52,557 nucleotides of DNA from Candidatus Sericytochromatia bacterium. GTDB taxonomy: Bacteria > Cyanobacteriota > Sericytochromatia > S15B-MN24 > UBA4093. The notes beneath the pieces are model-generated. The model was not told where the DNA came from. It did not search any database and saw nothing but the letters and a program-made list of their open reading frames with translations. How positions within the stretch are numbered: the first letter of the stretch is position 1; every line of letters starts with the position of its first letter. Of this stretch, positions 9,429-18,873 are shown piece by piece. The DNA lies in the NCBI GenBank assembly GCA_036676495.1, contig JAKFCT010000048.1, forward strand, positions 1-52,557, written 5' to 3'. The position numbers were made by a program, and so were the translations under genes.

Positions 9429-10751
9429 ATGGATTCGCTTTTCAACCCTTCGGAACCGACCTCGCTCTTCGACGCGGCGAGTCCGCAGACCGCCGCGCCC
9501 CTCGCGCACCGGATGCGGCCCCGCAGCCTCGATGACTTTCTCGGCCAGGAGCACCTCCTGGGTCCCGGCACTCCGCTGCGCGACCTGCTCGCCAAGGACA
9601 AGCTGCCGAGCCTGATCCTCTGGGGACCCCCGGGAACCGGAAAGACCTCGCTGGCCCAGTTGATCGCCACCCAGACCCGCCGGGTCTTCGTGCCCTTTTC
9701 GGCGGTCACCGGAGGCCTCCCCGAGCTGCGCAAGCTGCTTCAGGAAGCCAAGGATCGCCGCCGGATGGGGCAGGGGACCCTGCTCTTCATCGACGAGATT
9801 CACCGCTTCAACAAGGCCCAGCAGGACGCGTTCCTGCCGCATGTGGAGGACGGGACCGTGGTGCTCATCGGGGCCACCACCGAGAACCCGTCGTTCGAGC
9901 TGAACGCCGCGTTGCTGTCGCGCGCCCGGGTGATGGTGCTCAAGCACCTGGACGAGGCCGCGCTGCGCGACCTGTTGGAGCGCGCGCTCACCGACCGCGA
10001 GCGCGGGCTGGGGCTGCCGTCGGAGCACCTCACGGCGGAGGCCAAGGCCCTCTTGGTCGAGTACGCCGGCGGAGACGCCCGCTCGGCGCTCAACGCCCTC
10101 GAAACCGTCGCCCCCCTCACGGACCGGAGCCCCGAGGCGATCGTGGCCGCCCTTCAGAAGCGGCTCTTGCCCTACGACAAGGGAGGCGAGCAGCACTACG
10201 ACGTGATCTCGGCCTTCATCAAGACGGTGCGGGGCTCGGATCCGGATGCGGCTCTCTACTGGCTGGCGCGCATGCTCGAAGGGGGCGAGGATCCCGTTTT
10301 CGTCGCCCGCCGGCTCGTGATCCTGGCCTCCGAGGACGTCGGAAACGCGGACCCGCGCGGCCTCATGGTCGCCACCTCATGCATGCAGGCCGTGCAACTG
10401 CTGGGCATGCCGGAGGCGCGGATCCCCCTGGCGCAGGCGACGACCTACTTGGCGGCGGCTCCCAAGAGCAACGCCAGTTACAAGGGGATCAACACTGCGA
10501 TGGCCATGGTGGAGAAGTTGCCGGCGTACCCGGTGCCGCTGCATCTGAGGAACGCCCCGACCAAGCTCATGAAGGAGCAGGGTTACGGCAAGGGCTATCT
10601 CTATCCTCATGATCATCCGGGAGCCTGGGTCTCGCAGTCGTACTGGCCGGAGGGCATGGAGCCCAAGCGCTTCTACGTGCCGTCCGATCGCGGAGACGAG
10701 GCGCGCCTCAAGGCTCGCCTCGACGAAATCCGGCGCCGTCAGGGATCCTAG
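9429..10751 (+). CDS. rarA: Replication-associated recombination protein A (RarA/MgsA AAA+ ATPase)
   Basis: PLAHRMRP, WGPPGTGKT, FIDEIHRFNKAQQD, IGATTENP, RGSDPDAALYWLARM, ASEDVGNAD, VPLHLRNAPT, YLYPHD. Confidence 0.95.
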   Translation: MDSLFNPSEPTSLFDAASPQTAAPLAHRMRPRSLDDFLGQEHLLGPGTPLRDLLAKDKLPSLILWGPPGTGKTSLAQLIATQTRRVFVPFSAVTGGLPELRKLLQEAKDRRRMGQGTLLFIDEIHRFNKAQQDAFLPHVEDGTVVLIGATTENPSFELNAALLSRARVMVLKHLDEAALRDLLERALTDRERGLGLPSEHLTAEAKALLVEYAGGDARSALNALETVAPLTDRSPEAIVAALQKRLLPYDKGGEQHYDVISAFIKTVRGSDPDAALYWLARMLEGGEDPVFVARRLVILASEDVGNADPRGLMVATSCMQAVQLLGMPEARIPLAQATTYLAAAPKSNASYKGINTAMAMVEKLPAYPVPLHLRNAPTKLMKEQGYGKGYLYPHDHPGAWVSQSYWPEGMEPKRFYVPSDRGDEARLKARLDEIRRRQGS

Positions 10752-10771
10752 CCCCTAAGCGTACGCGGGGT

Positions 10772-11044
10772 CTAATGGAGCACGCTGGGCCGGTCGGGAA
10801 CCGTGGTCTGGGCCGGCATCTGGTAGATCTCTTCGACCTTGCGCTGGTGGCGCCTCAGCCGCGCCAGCATGTACCAGATGTAACTCGCGAGGCACTGGTT
10901 GTCCGCCTCGAAGAAGATCTGCGCCGAGTCCCGGATCTGCCGGGAATGGACCGTCAGGTGGCGCGAATGCTCCTGCGCCAGCTCTTCCAGCAAGATCTGC
11001 TCCGCGCCATTCGCGGCCGGTAGGTAATGCTTGAAGCTGCCCAT
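10772..11044 (-). CDS. Small hypothetical protein (90 aa)
   Basis: Purine-rich SD before ATG 11044, host-like codon usage, and it fills the gap between rarA and the MCP. No recognisable motif. Confidence 0.55.
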   Translation of the reverse strand: MGSFKHYLPAANGAEQILLEELAQEHSRHLTVHSRQIRDSAQIFFEADNQCLASYIWYMLARLRRHQRKVEEIYQMPAQTTVPDRPSVLH

Positions 11045-11241
11045 CCTCGTCCCCCCCTTCTCGAAGAGGGCCACGGCCCTCGCCCGCTCGTCATCGCAGC
11101 GGTTCTGGGGTGTTTCTGCAGGAAGGCTCTGGGTTTGACTGTTGTGATGCTGGCAGGTGAGGCACGTCCCTTCGTGCTACTTCATATTCTTTAACAAGAA
11201 GGTTGGGCCTGTCAACAGGCTAACCCGCCATCACATCCGGC

Positions 11242-12555
11242 CTAAAGCTTGTAGTGGGCGATGCTGCGGCTGAGTTGGTCGGCCAGAACCGCGAGTTGGC
11301 GTGCTCCTGCCGAGACGTGGTGCATCGAAGCGGTCTGTTCCTGCGTGGTCGCCGCGACTTCCTGCGCGCCGGCGGCCGTCTGCTCCGAAATCGCGGCGAT
11401 CTGATCGACGGTGGAGACCACGCGCGCCGAGCCTTCCGCCAGCTGCTGGGAGGCTTCCGAGATGCGCCCGATCTGGTCGTCGGTGCTGGAGGCGGCTTCG
11501 ACGATCCGCTCCAGGGCCCCGCCGGCCCGGTGGATCACCTCCACCCCGTCGTGCACCTCGGCGGTTCCCTGGTTCATGGTCGCGACCGCCTTCTCCGTTT
11601 CGGCCTGAATCTCCTGGATCATCGAGGCGATCTTGCCCACGGCCTCGGTGCTCTGCTCGGAGAGCTTGCGGACTTCCTCGGCGACCACCGCGAAGCCCCG
11701 GCCCTGCTCGCCCGCCCGTGCGGCCTCGATCGCCGCGTTCAGCGCCAGCAGGTGGGTCTGGCCCGCGATCCCGTTGATGATCTCGAGGATCCGCCCGATC
11801 TGCTGGCCCAGGTCCCCGAGCCGGCCGACGACGGCCGAGGACTGCGAGACCTTGTGCCGGATGGAGTCCATCTTGGCGATCGCCTCTTGCAGGTCCTGCT
11901 TCCCCTCCTGCGCCGACTGCGTCGTCCGCACCGCCGCCTGGGCCGCCAGCTGCGCGCCCGAGGCCACTTCCTGCGCCGCGTTCGAGATCCGGCTCATCTC
12001 CGTGGCCGTCCGGTTCACCCCCGTCACCTGCTCGCTCGTTCCCACCGCCAGCTGCGCGATGGTCTCGGCAATCTGCTGGGTCGCGATGAACGTCCGGTCG
12101 GAGGCCTGCTGCATGCTCTGAGAGTGCTCCACCAGGGTCTGCGCCGTCTCCCGGGTGTGCCCCACCAGGCTCCGCATCCCCTCTACCAGGGAGCTGACGG
12201 CTTCCGCCGCCTCCCCGAGTTGATCGTCCACCTGGCGCGTGCAGGCCAAGTCGCCTCCCGCGGCCGAGCGCGACAGCTCCACCAGCGAGTGAAGCGGCCG
12301 CATCGAGCGCCGGAAGGCGAACTCCAGGGCCGCCAGGCTCACGAGCGTCAGCCCCGTCGCCACCCCCAGCCCCAGGAGCGGGCCTCCCAGGTGGTAAGCC
12401 GTGAGCGTTCCGAAGGTGCTGGCGATCGCCGCCCCCGCCGACGTCAACTGGAACCGCGCGAAGCCGGCGGCACGCTTGTTCTTTTGCGGAGCCGGGGGCT
12501 GCGGGGTCGGCTTGGGAGCGGGGCTGAGCGCGGGAACGGTGGTCTGATCGAGCAC
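11242..12555 (-). CDS. Methyl-accepting chemotaxis protein (2 adjacent TMs, HAMP, no periplasmic sensor)
   Basis: Hairpin-tip motif [39 protein letters not shown] start at 12555 with SD AAGGAGGT. Confidence 0.92.
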   Translation of the reverse strand: MLDQTTVPALSPAPKPTPQPPAPQKNKRAAGFARFQLTSAGAAIASTFGTLTAYHLGGPLLGLGVATGLTLVSLAALEFAFRRSMRPLHSLVELSRSAAGGDLACTRQVDDQLGEAAEAVSSLVEGMRSLVGHTRETAQTLVEHSQSMQQASDRTFIATQQIAETIAQLAVGTSEQVTGVNRTATEMSRISNAAQEVASGAQLAAQAAVRTTQSAQEGKQDLQEAIAKMDSIRHKVSQSSAVVGRLGDLGQQIGRILEIINGIAGQTHLLALNAAIEAARAGEQGRGFAVVAEEVRKLSEQSTEAVGKIASMIQEIQAETEKAVATMNQGTAEVHDGVEVIHRAGGALERIVEAASSTDDQIGRISEASQQLAEGSARVVSTVDQIAAISEQTAAGAQEVAATTQEQTASMHHVSAGARQLAVLADQLSRSIAHYKL

Positions 12556-12687
12556 GTCGGAAACCTCCTTCGAAGACGATGGCATCTTACCCCAACCCCT
12601 CGTCTCCCTACCACTCGCCCTCGCACCCCGGGGCGGCGTGCTAGAATCGATCCGCGGTCCCGAAGGTTCTCTGAGGAGGTGTGGCGG

Positions 12688-13218
12688 ATGCGGTTCCGGA
12701 TTTCGACCCTGTTGCTCGGCGCGTTCTTGGCCCTGACGGCCTGCACCACGCCTCCCATCACCACCCCGGTGGTCACCTCGACCGTCACCATGGGCGATAT
12801 CGCCCCCCTGATCACCTACGGGCCCGCCGTTCCCGTTCCCGCCGCAGGGCCTTTCAACGCCCCCGCCATTGGCATCGACGTCCCGGCCCAGGCCCGCAAC
12901 GTCACCCTGACCTCGGCCGTCCTGAATCTCGACGTGGAAAACCAGATGAAGATTCCGCTGACGCTGCGGATCTTCCTCGGCGGCAACCGGGACACGGTCT
13001 ACGATGAGGCCAACCTGCTCGGAGAGGTGAGCGTCAAGCCCCAGGAGTCCCGCCGTATCAGCCAGGCCGTCAAGGATCCCGCCATCTTCAAGGCCGAGAA
13101 GGTCTGGGCGGGCATCACGTTCAGCACCCCCGGCACGGGCCTCCAGCGCGTGGACATCGAGAAGTCCGACGCCATCGTGATCCACACCAGCGCCACCGTC
13201 CAGGTCAAGCTTTTCTAG
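12688..13218 (+). CDS. Hypothetical lipoprotein (beta-rich)
   Basis: SD GAGGAGG and the lipobox in [19 protein letters not shown]. Confidence 0.75.
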   Translation: MRFRISTLLLGAFLALTACTTPPITTPVVTSTVTMGDIAPLITYGPAVPVPAAGPFNAPAIGIDVPAQARNVTLTSAVLNLDVENQMKIPLTLRIFLGGNRDTVYDEANLLGEVSVKPQESRRISQAVKDPAIFKAEKVWAGITFSTPGTGLQRVDIEKSDAIVIHTSATVQVKLF

Positions 13219-13330
13219 CGCCGACCGTCCCTCATCTCCTCCTTCCCTCGTGACTAGGGGCTGCCGGAGGCCTATACTGCGCGAACTGGGAGCGTGACTT
13301 GCCGGAAGCGGCCGAGGCCAGGAGGTGCGC

Positions 13331-13954
13331 ATGGCCAAGGTGGTCATCCTGGATGACCTGCAAGAGACCATCGAGATCCTGGCTCCGCCCCTGCGCGCGC
13401 AGGGGCATGAGGTCTTGACCGATGTCACCCCGATCGACTTCGAGCGCATCATGCGCTTTCGGCCCGACGTCATCACCCTGGAGCTGTACCGGAAGCTCGA
13501 GGCCTTCGACCGCCCGATCCGGAACATCGAGGAGGACGTGATCGGCTTCACCCCCCTCGTGGAGATGGAGCATTACCCGGCGATCAGCGTCATCCCCATC
13601 ATCCTGCTCGGGAGCTGCCTGCAAGAGAAGGACGTTCCCACGTCCGTCAACTACGACTTGTTCCTCAGCTTCCCGCGCGACGTCAAGCTCTACTTCCCCA
13701 AGGTCGTGGAGATCGCGGCCACGGTGAAGGGCCGCCGCAAGATCAGCGATTACATCTGCCCCCAGTGCGGGAGCCGGCTCACCTACACGAAGGAGTGGCA
13801 GGCGGATCTCTTCTGTCCCCGCTGCCATACCGCCGTTGCCATCATCAACGACGAAAGCTGCATCGCCCGGACGAGCGAAGGGAACCCACTTCCCTGTTCC
13901 ATGGCCTCATTGGCCCCCCCGCGGGCTCTCCCCAGGAAGGGCGGAGAACCGTGA
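13331..13954 (+). CDS. Atypical receiver-like domain fused to a C-terminal zinc ribbon
   Basis: N-terminal KVVILDD...RPDVITLEL...IPIILL receiver pattern with Glu at the phospho-Asp position. C-terminal CPQC...CPRC. SD AGGAGG. Confidence 0.65.
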   Translation: MAKVVILDDLQETIEILAPPLRAQGHEVLTDVTPIDFERIMRFRPDVITLELYRKLEAFDRPIRNIEEDVIGFTPLVEMEHYPAISVIPIILLGSCLQEKDVPTSVNYDLFLSFPRDVKLYFPKVVEIAATVKGRRKISDYICPQCGSRLTYTKEWQADLFCPRCHTAVAIINDESCIARTSEGNPLPCSMASLAPPRALPRKGGEP

Positions 13955-13973
13955 GGCGCGCCGTGGGGCCGGC

Positions 13974-15788
13974 TCAGGAGGAGACGTGCTCGGCCTGCTG
14001 GATCCGCCAGAGCGACTGGTAGATCCCGCCGAGCTTCAAGAGCTCGGCATGCGTGCCGCGCTCCTGGATCCGTCCCTTGTTCATGACGAGGATCTGATCG
14101 GCGTGCTGGATGGTCGAGAGGCGATGGGCCACGATCAGCGTCGTGCGGTCCTTGGAGACCGTCCGGAGGGCCTCCTGGATGATCCGCTCGGACTCCGAGT
14201 CGATGTGGGCCGTGGCCTCGTCGAGGATCAGGATGGCCGGATCATAGGCGAGCGCCCGCGCGAAGGCGATCAGTTGCCGCTCGCCCAGGCTCAAGGTCGC
14301 CCCGCGTTCGGCCACCATGGTCTCGTAGCCTTCCGGCAACCGCATGATGAAGTCATGCGCCCCCACCAGCTTGGCGGCGCGCTCGACGGCCTCGTCGGAG
14401 AGGTCCTGGCCGAGCTTGAGATTTTCCCGCAGGGTCCCGGTGAAGAGGAAGACGTCCTGCTGGACGATGCCCACGTGACGCCGTAGCAGCTCCTGGGGCA
14501 GGTCCTTGACGTCGATGCCGTCGATCAGGACGCGCCCCTCCTGCACGTCGTAGAACCGGGTCACGAGGTTGAGAATGCTCGATTTGCCGGCGCCGGTATG
14601 CCCCACGAAGGCCACGGTCTGGCCGGGCTTCACGAAGAAACTGACGTCGTGAAGGACCCAGTTGGGGCGCAGGTAGGCGAAGCGGACGCCCTCGAAGGCC
14701 ACCCCTCCCACGATGCCCTCGGGCCGTACGGGCTCGGGGGCGTCCACGATCTCCGGCGGGGTGTCGAGCAACTGGAAGATGCGCTCGGCGGAGGCCATGG
14801 CGGCTTGCAGGATGTTGAACTTCTCGGCCAGCTCGTTGATCGGGTTGAACATGTGCCGGACGTACGAAGTGAAGAGATAGAGGACGCCGACCGACAAGCT
14901 CGCCTGGAGAACCTGGTTGCCGCCGTACCAGAGCACCAGGGCCATCGCCAGCATGGCGAAGAGGTCGAGGATGGGACGGAAGAACGAGTAGAGCAGCAGC
15001 TGGCCCATGCCCGCTCGGTAGTGCGCCTGGTTGACGGTCCGGAACTCCTCCAGTTGCTTGGCCTCGCGGTTGAAGAGCTGCACCACGCGCATGCCGTTGA
15101 GGTTCTCGGCGATGAAGGAGTTGATGCGAGCCAGGAGCATCCGGACCTCCCGGAAGGCGAGGCGGGCGCGGCTGCGGAAGATCCAGACGGCGATCGCCAC
15201 CAGCGGGGTCACCGTGAAGACCAGCGCCGCCAGGCCCGCGTGAAGCCGCAGCATGACCAGAGCGACTCCCACGATCATCACGAGGTCCTTGAAGAGGTTG
15301 ACCAGCACCGAGGTGTACATCTCGTTGAGGGCCTCGGTATCGTTCGTGACCCGGGTGACCAGCCGGCCTGCCGGATGGCGATCGAGGTAGCTCAGGCTCA
15401 TCCCTTGCAGGTGGTCGAAGACCTCCTGCCTCAGCGTCTTGATGATCTTCTGGCCGGTCTGCTGAAGGAGGACGGCCTCGCCGTAGCTGAGGGCGAACCG
15501 GAGCACCAGCACGAGCAGGAATCCGGCCGCGAGCCAGAGCAGCTTCGGGGCGAACGCGGCCCGCAGGCCCGGCTCGAGGGCCATGGCCGGAGTGATCACG
15601 TCGTCGATGGCGATCTTGACGAGGTAGGGTAGCCCGAGGCTGGCGAAGCTCGTGAGGGCCACCAGGAGCAGGCAGAGGCCGAGGCTGCCCGCATAGGGCC
15701 GCGCGTAGGTGAGCAGCCGCTGCATGAGCTGGGTATCCAGCTTGCGGGTCAGCGTCTCTTCATCGTGGATGCCGGCGGACCTGGCCAT
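13974..15788 (-). CDS. ABC exporter half-transporter, MdlB/YheH-like subunit
   Basis: TMD (GRLVTRVTND) plus NBD (GHTGAGKS, degenerate signature LSLGE, ILDEAT, IVAHRLST). Confidence 0.93.
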   Translation of the reverse strand: MARSAGIHDEETLTRKLDTQLMQRLLTYARPYAGSLGLCLLLVALTSFASLGLPYLVKIAIDDVITPAMALEPGLRAAFAPKLLWLAAGFLLVLVLRFALSYGEAVLLQQTGQKIIKTLRQEVFDHLQGMSLSYLDRHPAGRLVTRVTNDTEALNEMYTSVLVNLFKDLVMIVGVALVMLRLHAGLAALVFTVTPLVAIAVWIFRSRARLAFREVRMLLARINSFIAENLNGMRVVQLFNREAKQLEEFRTVNQAHYRAGMGQLLLYSFFRPILDLFAMLAMALVLWYGGNQVLQASLSVGVLYLFTSYVRHMFNPINELAEKFNILQAAMASAERIFQLLDTPPEIVDAPEPVRPEGIVGGVAFEGVRFAYLRPNWVLHDVSFFVKPGQTVAFVGHTGAGKSSILNLVTRFYDVQEGRVLIDGIDVKDLPQELLRRHVGIVQQDVFLFTGTLRENLKLGQDLSDEAVERAAKLVGAHDFIMRLPEGYETMVAERGATLSLGERQLIAFARALAYDPAILILDEATAHIDSESERIIQEALRTVSKDRTTLIVAHRLSTIQHADQILVMNKGRIQERGTHAELLKLGGIYQSLWRIQQAEHVSS

Positions 15789-17579
15789 CTAGCCCTCCCG
15801 ATTCTGAGGAGTCGCGCCCCCCGCATCTTCCAAGTTTGCTTCCAGCTGCTGCAGCTCCCAGAGCCGCCGGTACTCGCCTTCTTGGGCCAGCAGCTCGGCA
15901 TGCGTCCCGCGCTCGACGATCCGGCCGTGCGAAAGCACGATGATCCGATCGGCATGCTGGAGGGCCGAGACCCGGTGGGAGATGAGCAGGGTCGTGCGTC
16001 CTCGCATGACCGGCAGCAGCTCCTCCAGGATCTTGGCCTCGGTGCGGGTGTCGACCGCCGAGAGGCAGTCGTCCAGCACCAAGATCGGGGCGTCCTTGAT
16101 CAGCGCGCGGGCAATCGAGACGCGCTGCCGCTGGCCTCCCGAGAGCGTGATGCCGCGCTCGCCCAGCATGGTCGCATAGCCGTCGGGCAAATCCCGGATG
16201 TCCCCATCGAGCTGGGCCATGCGCGAGGCGCGGAGGACGGCATCCTCTAGCTCTTCCCCTTCCTTCTCCGGCGCGAACGCGATGTTCTCCCGGATGGAGG
16301 TCGAGAACAGGAAGGCATCCTGGGGCACCATGCCGATCGCCTGGCGAAGCGCCCCGGGATCGAGCTGGTTCACGCAGATGCCGTCCACCAGGATGCTGGA
16401 GTCCGGCGGGTTGAAGACGCGGGTGAGCAGGCTCGCGAGCGTGCTCTTGCCCGAGCCGGTCCTTCCGACGATCCCGAGCGTCTCGCCGGGGTGGACCTCC
16501 ACGGAGACGTCCGCGAGGGCGGGCGGCAGGTGAGGGGCATAGCGGAAGGTGAGGTTCCGGATCGAGAGGCTGCCCCGCCAGCTCTCGGGCGAGACCGCTC
16601 CGGGCATGGCGCGGACCTCGGGGACCTCCGCGAAGAGCGCCTGCAGGCGGCTCATGGACGCCGTGGCCCGCTGGGCCATGTTGATGGTCCAGCCGAGACC
16701 GGTCATGGGCCAGACGAGCATGTGCAGGTACGAGGTGAAGGCGATGAACTGCCCCAGCGTGATCTCGCCTTGCAGGACGAGGTAGCCGCCGAAGGCGATG
16801 CAGATGAGCGTGCCGGCCCCGTCGAGCAAGCCGACGAGCGGATCGAAGAGGCTCTGCAGGCGGGTCATCCGCACGAAGTGCTCGTAGTACTCCGCGTTGT
16901 CCCCGGCGAAGCGCTTCTTCTCGGCGTCTTCCTGGGCGAAGGCCTTGATCACCCGGGCGCCGGACACGTTCTCCTGGACGCGGTCGCTCAGGGCACTGAA
17001 GGCGGCCTGCACGCCCTTGTAGCGGTCGTGGACCTGGCCCCCGAGGCGGAACTGGATGAAGGCCAGGATCGGCAGCGGCAGGAAGGCCGCCAGGGTGAGG
17101 CGCCAGTCGATGGCAAACGCCATCACCGCGAGCGTGCCGATGCTGAGGGCGATCGCGTCCCAGCCCGCCATCACGCCTTCTCCCGCCAGCGCCCGGACCG
17201 CGTTCAGGTCGTTGGTGGCATGCGCCATCAGGTCGCCGACCTTCTTGCGATGGTAGAAGCCAGCCGACAGGCTCTGGAAGTGCGCGAAGAGCCGCTCGCG
17301 CATGTCGCGCTCGATCCGCCGAGCCGTCCCGAACACGTAGATGCGCCAGATGAAGCGGAAGACCGCCACCCCCAACGCCACGGCCAGCACCAGGAGGGCC
17401 TGCTGCGCAATGCCGCCCGAATCCAGGGTGCCTTGGCGCAGCGCGTCGATGAACTGCCCCGTGATCCAGGGGATGGAGAGCTGGCCGACATTGCAGAGAC
17501 TGAGGGCGAGGACGCCAATCAGGTAACGGGGCCAATAACGACCCAGTACCTGGGCGAGCTGGAGCAGGGAATCACGCAT
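15789..17579 (-). CDS. ABC exporter half-transporter, MdlA/YheI-like subunit
   Basis: GDLMAHATNDL, GRTGSGKST, LSGGQRQR and degenerate Walker B LDDCLSAVD, as in heterodimeric exporters. Abuts its partner gene. Confidence 0.93.
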   Translation of the reverse strand: MRDSLLQLAQVLGRYWPRYLIGVLALSLCNVGQLSIPWITGQFIDALRQGTLDSGGIAQQALLVLAVALGVAVFRFIWRIYVFGTARRIERDMRERLFAHFQSLSAGFYHRKKVGDLMAHATNDLNAVRALAGEGVMAGWDAIALSIGTLAVMAFAIDWRLTLAAFLPLPILAFIQFRLGGQVHDRYKGVQAAFSALSDRVQENVSGARVIKAFAQEDAEKKRFAGDNAEYYEHFVRMTRLQSLFDPLVGLLDGAGTLICIAFGGYLVLQGEITLGQFIAFTSYLHMLVWPMTGLGWTINMAQRATASMSRLQALFAEVPEVRAMPGAVSPESWRGSLSIRNLTFRYAPHLPPALADVSVEVHPGETLGIVGRTGSGKSTLASLLTRVFNPPDSSILVDGICVNQLDPGALRQAIGMVPQDAFLFSTSIRENIAFAPEKEGEELEDAVLRASRMAQLDGDIRDLPDGYATMLGERGITLSGGQRQRVSIARALIKDAPILVLDDCLSAVDTRTEAKILEELLPVMRGRTTLLISHRVSALQHADRIIVLSHGRIVERGTHAELLAQEGEYRRLWELQQLEANLEDAGGATPQNREG

Positions 17580-17669
17580 GACGCTGGGCTTTCTAGCGGG
17601 GGCGCGGGGGGAAACCTCGGAGGAGAGCCGGAGGGGCTCCGATTCCCTTGTGATCCGCTCAATTAGACG

Positions 17670-17698
17670 ATCGTAAGGGAAGTTCGAAAGCCCGTCAA
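17670..17698 (-). promoter_or_regulatory. sigma70-type promoter for the ABC exporter operon
   Basis: Minus strand TTGACG, 17-nt spacer, TACGAT. Confidence 0.65.
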
Positions 17699-17710
17699 TG
17701 GGCTCCGTCA

Positions 17711-17755
17711 GTGGCGCGGGCGTCCCTGCCGGTGGCGCGGGCGTCCCTGCCCGCG
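17711..17755 (+). repeat. Tandem REP-like elements of a second sequence class
   Basis: GTGGCGCGGGCGTCCCTGCC (17711-17730, truncated) followed by the full GTGG-CGCGGGC-GTCCCT-GCCCGCG (17732-17755). Confidence 0.7.
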
Positions 17756-17759
17756 AGGC

Positions 17760-18578
17760 TTATCCCCCGCATCGCTTGCAAGCCGTGAACCCCTTGGCCT
17801 TGGCATCGGCGGCCGATGGCAGCACGATCCGGTTGGCCGCGCTGATGCTCGCCCCCGACGCGCACGTCTGGTCGTGGAAGACCCGGCTCTTGCCGTTGGC
17901 GATCACGGCGCTCGCGCCCATGGCGCCCGCGCTCACGGAACCCTCGGCACGCACGGCTCCCTCCGCGCTCGGACCGGCCGCCCGCGAGCCGCCCTGCTTC
18001 GCCCCGCTGGCGTCCAAGGTGCCCGCACGCTCGGACCCGTGGCTCGACCCGCTCCGCTTCTCGCGGCGGAAGTCACGCGGGCTCTGCTTCAGGCCGTCCT
18101 TGGAGTTCCAGATCCCCTTGCCCTCCGAGCGGGCCAGCTTCTGGGCCTGGGTGAACGCGTCGACATGCGCGACGTTCGGAGGGTAGGTCAGGAGCATGGC
18201 GTACCCCTGGCGGACGAGCTCGTAGTTGATGAACGTATTCCCGACGTAGGCATAGGCCAGCAGACGGCCATACTGGTCCCGCGGCTGGACGTCGGACTCC
18301 AGCCTCACGACCTTGCCCAGCGCCAGGCGCTCGGTGAAGGCCTTCGCCCGCGCCCCCCACGGCTCCTGGGCCATCTCGGGGGTGTCGATGCCCACGAGGC
18401 GCACCTTTTCCTGGCGGTTGGGGTCGACCTGCACGACCAGCGTGTCGCCGTCGGAGACCTTCACGACCTTGCCTTGCAGGACGGGCGCACTGCTTGCCGG
18501 TAGGGGCAGGGCCAAAAGAACCGCCGCCAACAGGCCGCCCAGGACGGCGCGTCCCTTCCCCTTGAGCAATCCGAGCAT
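17760..18578 (-). CDS. Secreted thermonuclease (SNase) with C-terminal Ada-like Zn-binding domain
   Basis: Signal peptide, VSDGDT, VRLVGIDTPE, DQYGRLLAY, LVRQGYA, GKGIW, and C-terminal FHDQTC...GFTACKRC. Confidence 0.92.
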   Translation of the reverse strand: MLGLLKGKGRAVLGGLLAAVLLALPLPASSAPVLQGKVVKVSDGDTLVVQVDPNRQEKVRLVGIDTPEMAQEPWGARAKAFTERLALGKVVRLESDVQPRDQYGRLLAYAYVGNTFINYELVRQGYAMLLTYPPNVAHVDAFTQAQKLARSEGKGIWNSKDGLKQSPRDFRREKRSGSSHGSERAGTLDASGAKQGGSRAAGPSAEGAVRAEGSVSAGAMGASAVIANGKSRVFHDQTCASGASISAANRIVLPSAADAKAKGFTACKRCGG

Positions 18579-18873
18579 CTGATCTCCCCTCCAGCCGCCG
18601 CAGGCGTGTCGATTCTCATGGCAGGCGCGCGATACCGCGCCGCTCCGTATCATACCCGCTCTTGCCGGCGGTTGCGTTCGTCGGCGTGCACCGTGCCCCG
18701 GCAGCGACTTCTAGGCTTGAAGCCACGCCGTCTCTGGCCTTATACTGGGTGACGGGCCGTTTTTCCGGTCTAGGGCCGGGTTTGACCCTTGGCAAGGCGC
18801 CGCGCAGCGGAAGCGCGCCGGGCGCCGGGGAGCCCGCGGCGAACCGAGGCTAGCCAGAAATAAGGAGTTGCGC

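Noticed and set aside
11242-13551. 769-aa and 654-aa ORF-track calls spanning the MCP and lipoprotein genes
   Set aside because: They are artefactual 5' extensions. SD-supported starts are 12555 (minus) and 12688 (plus).
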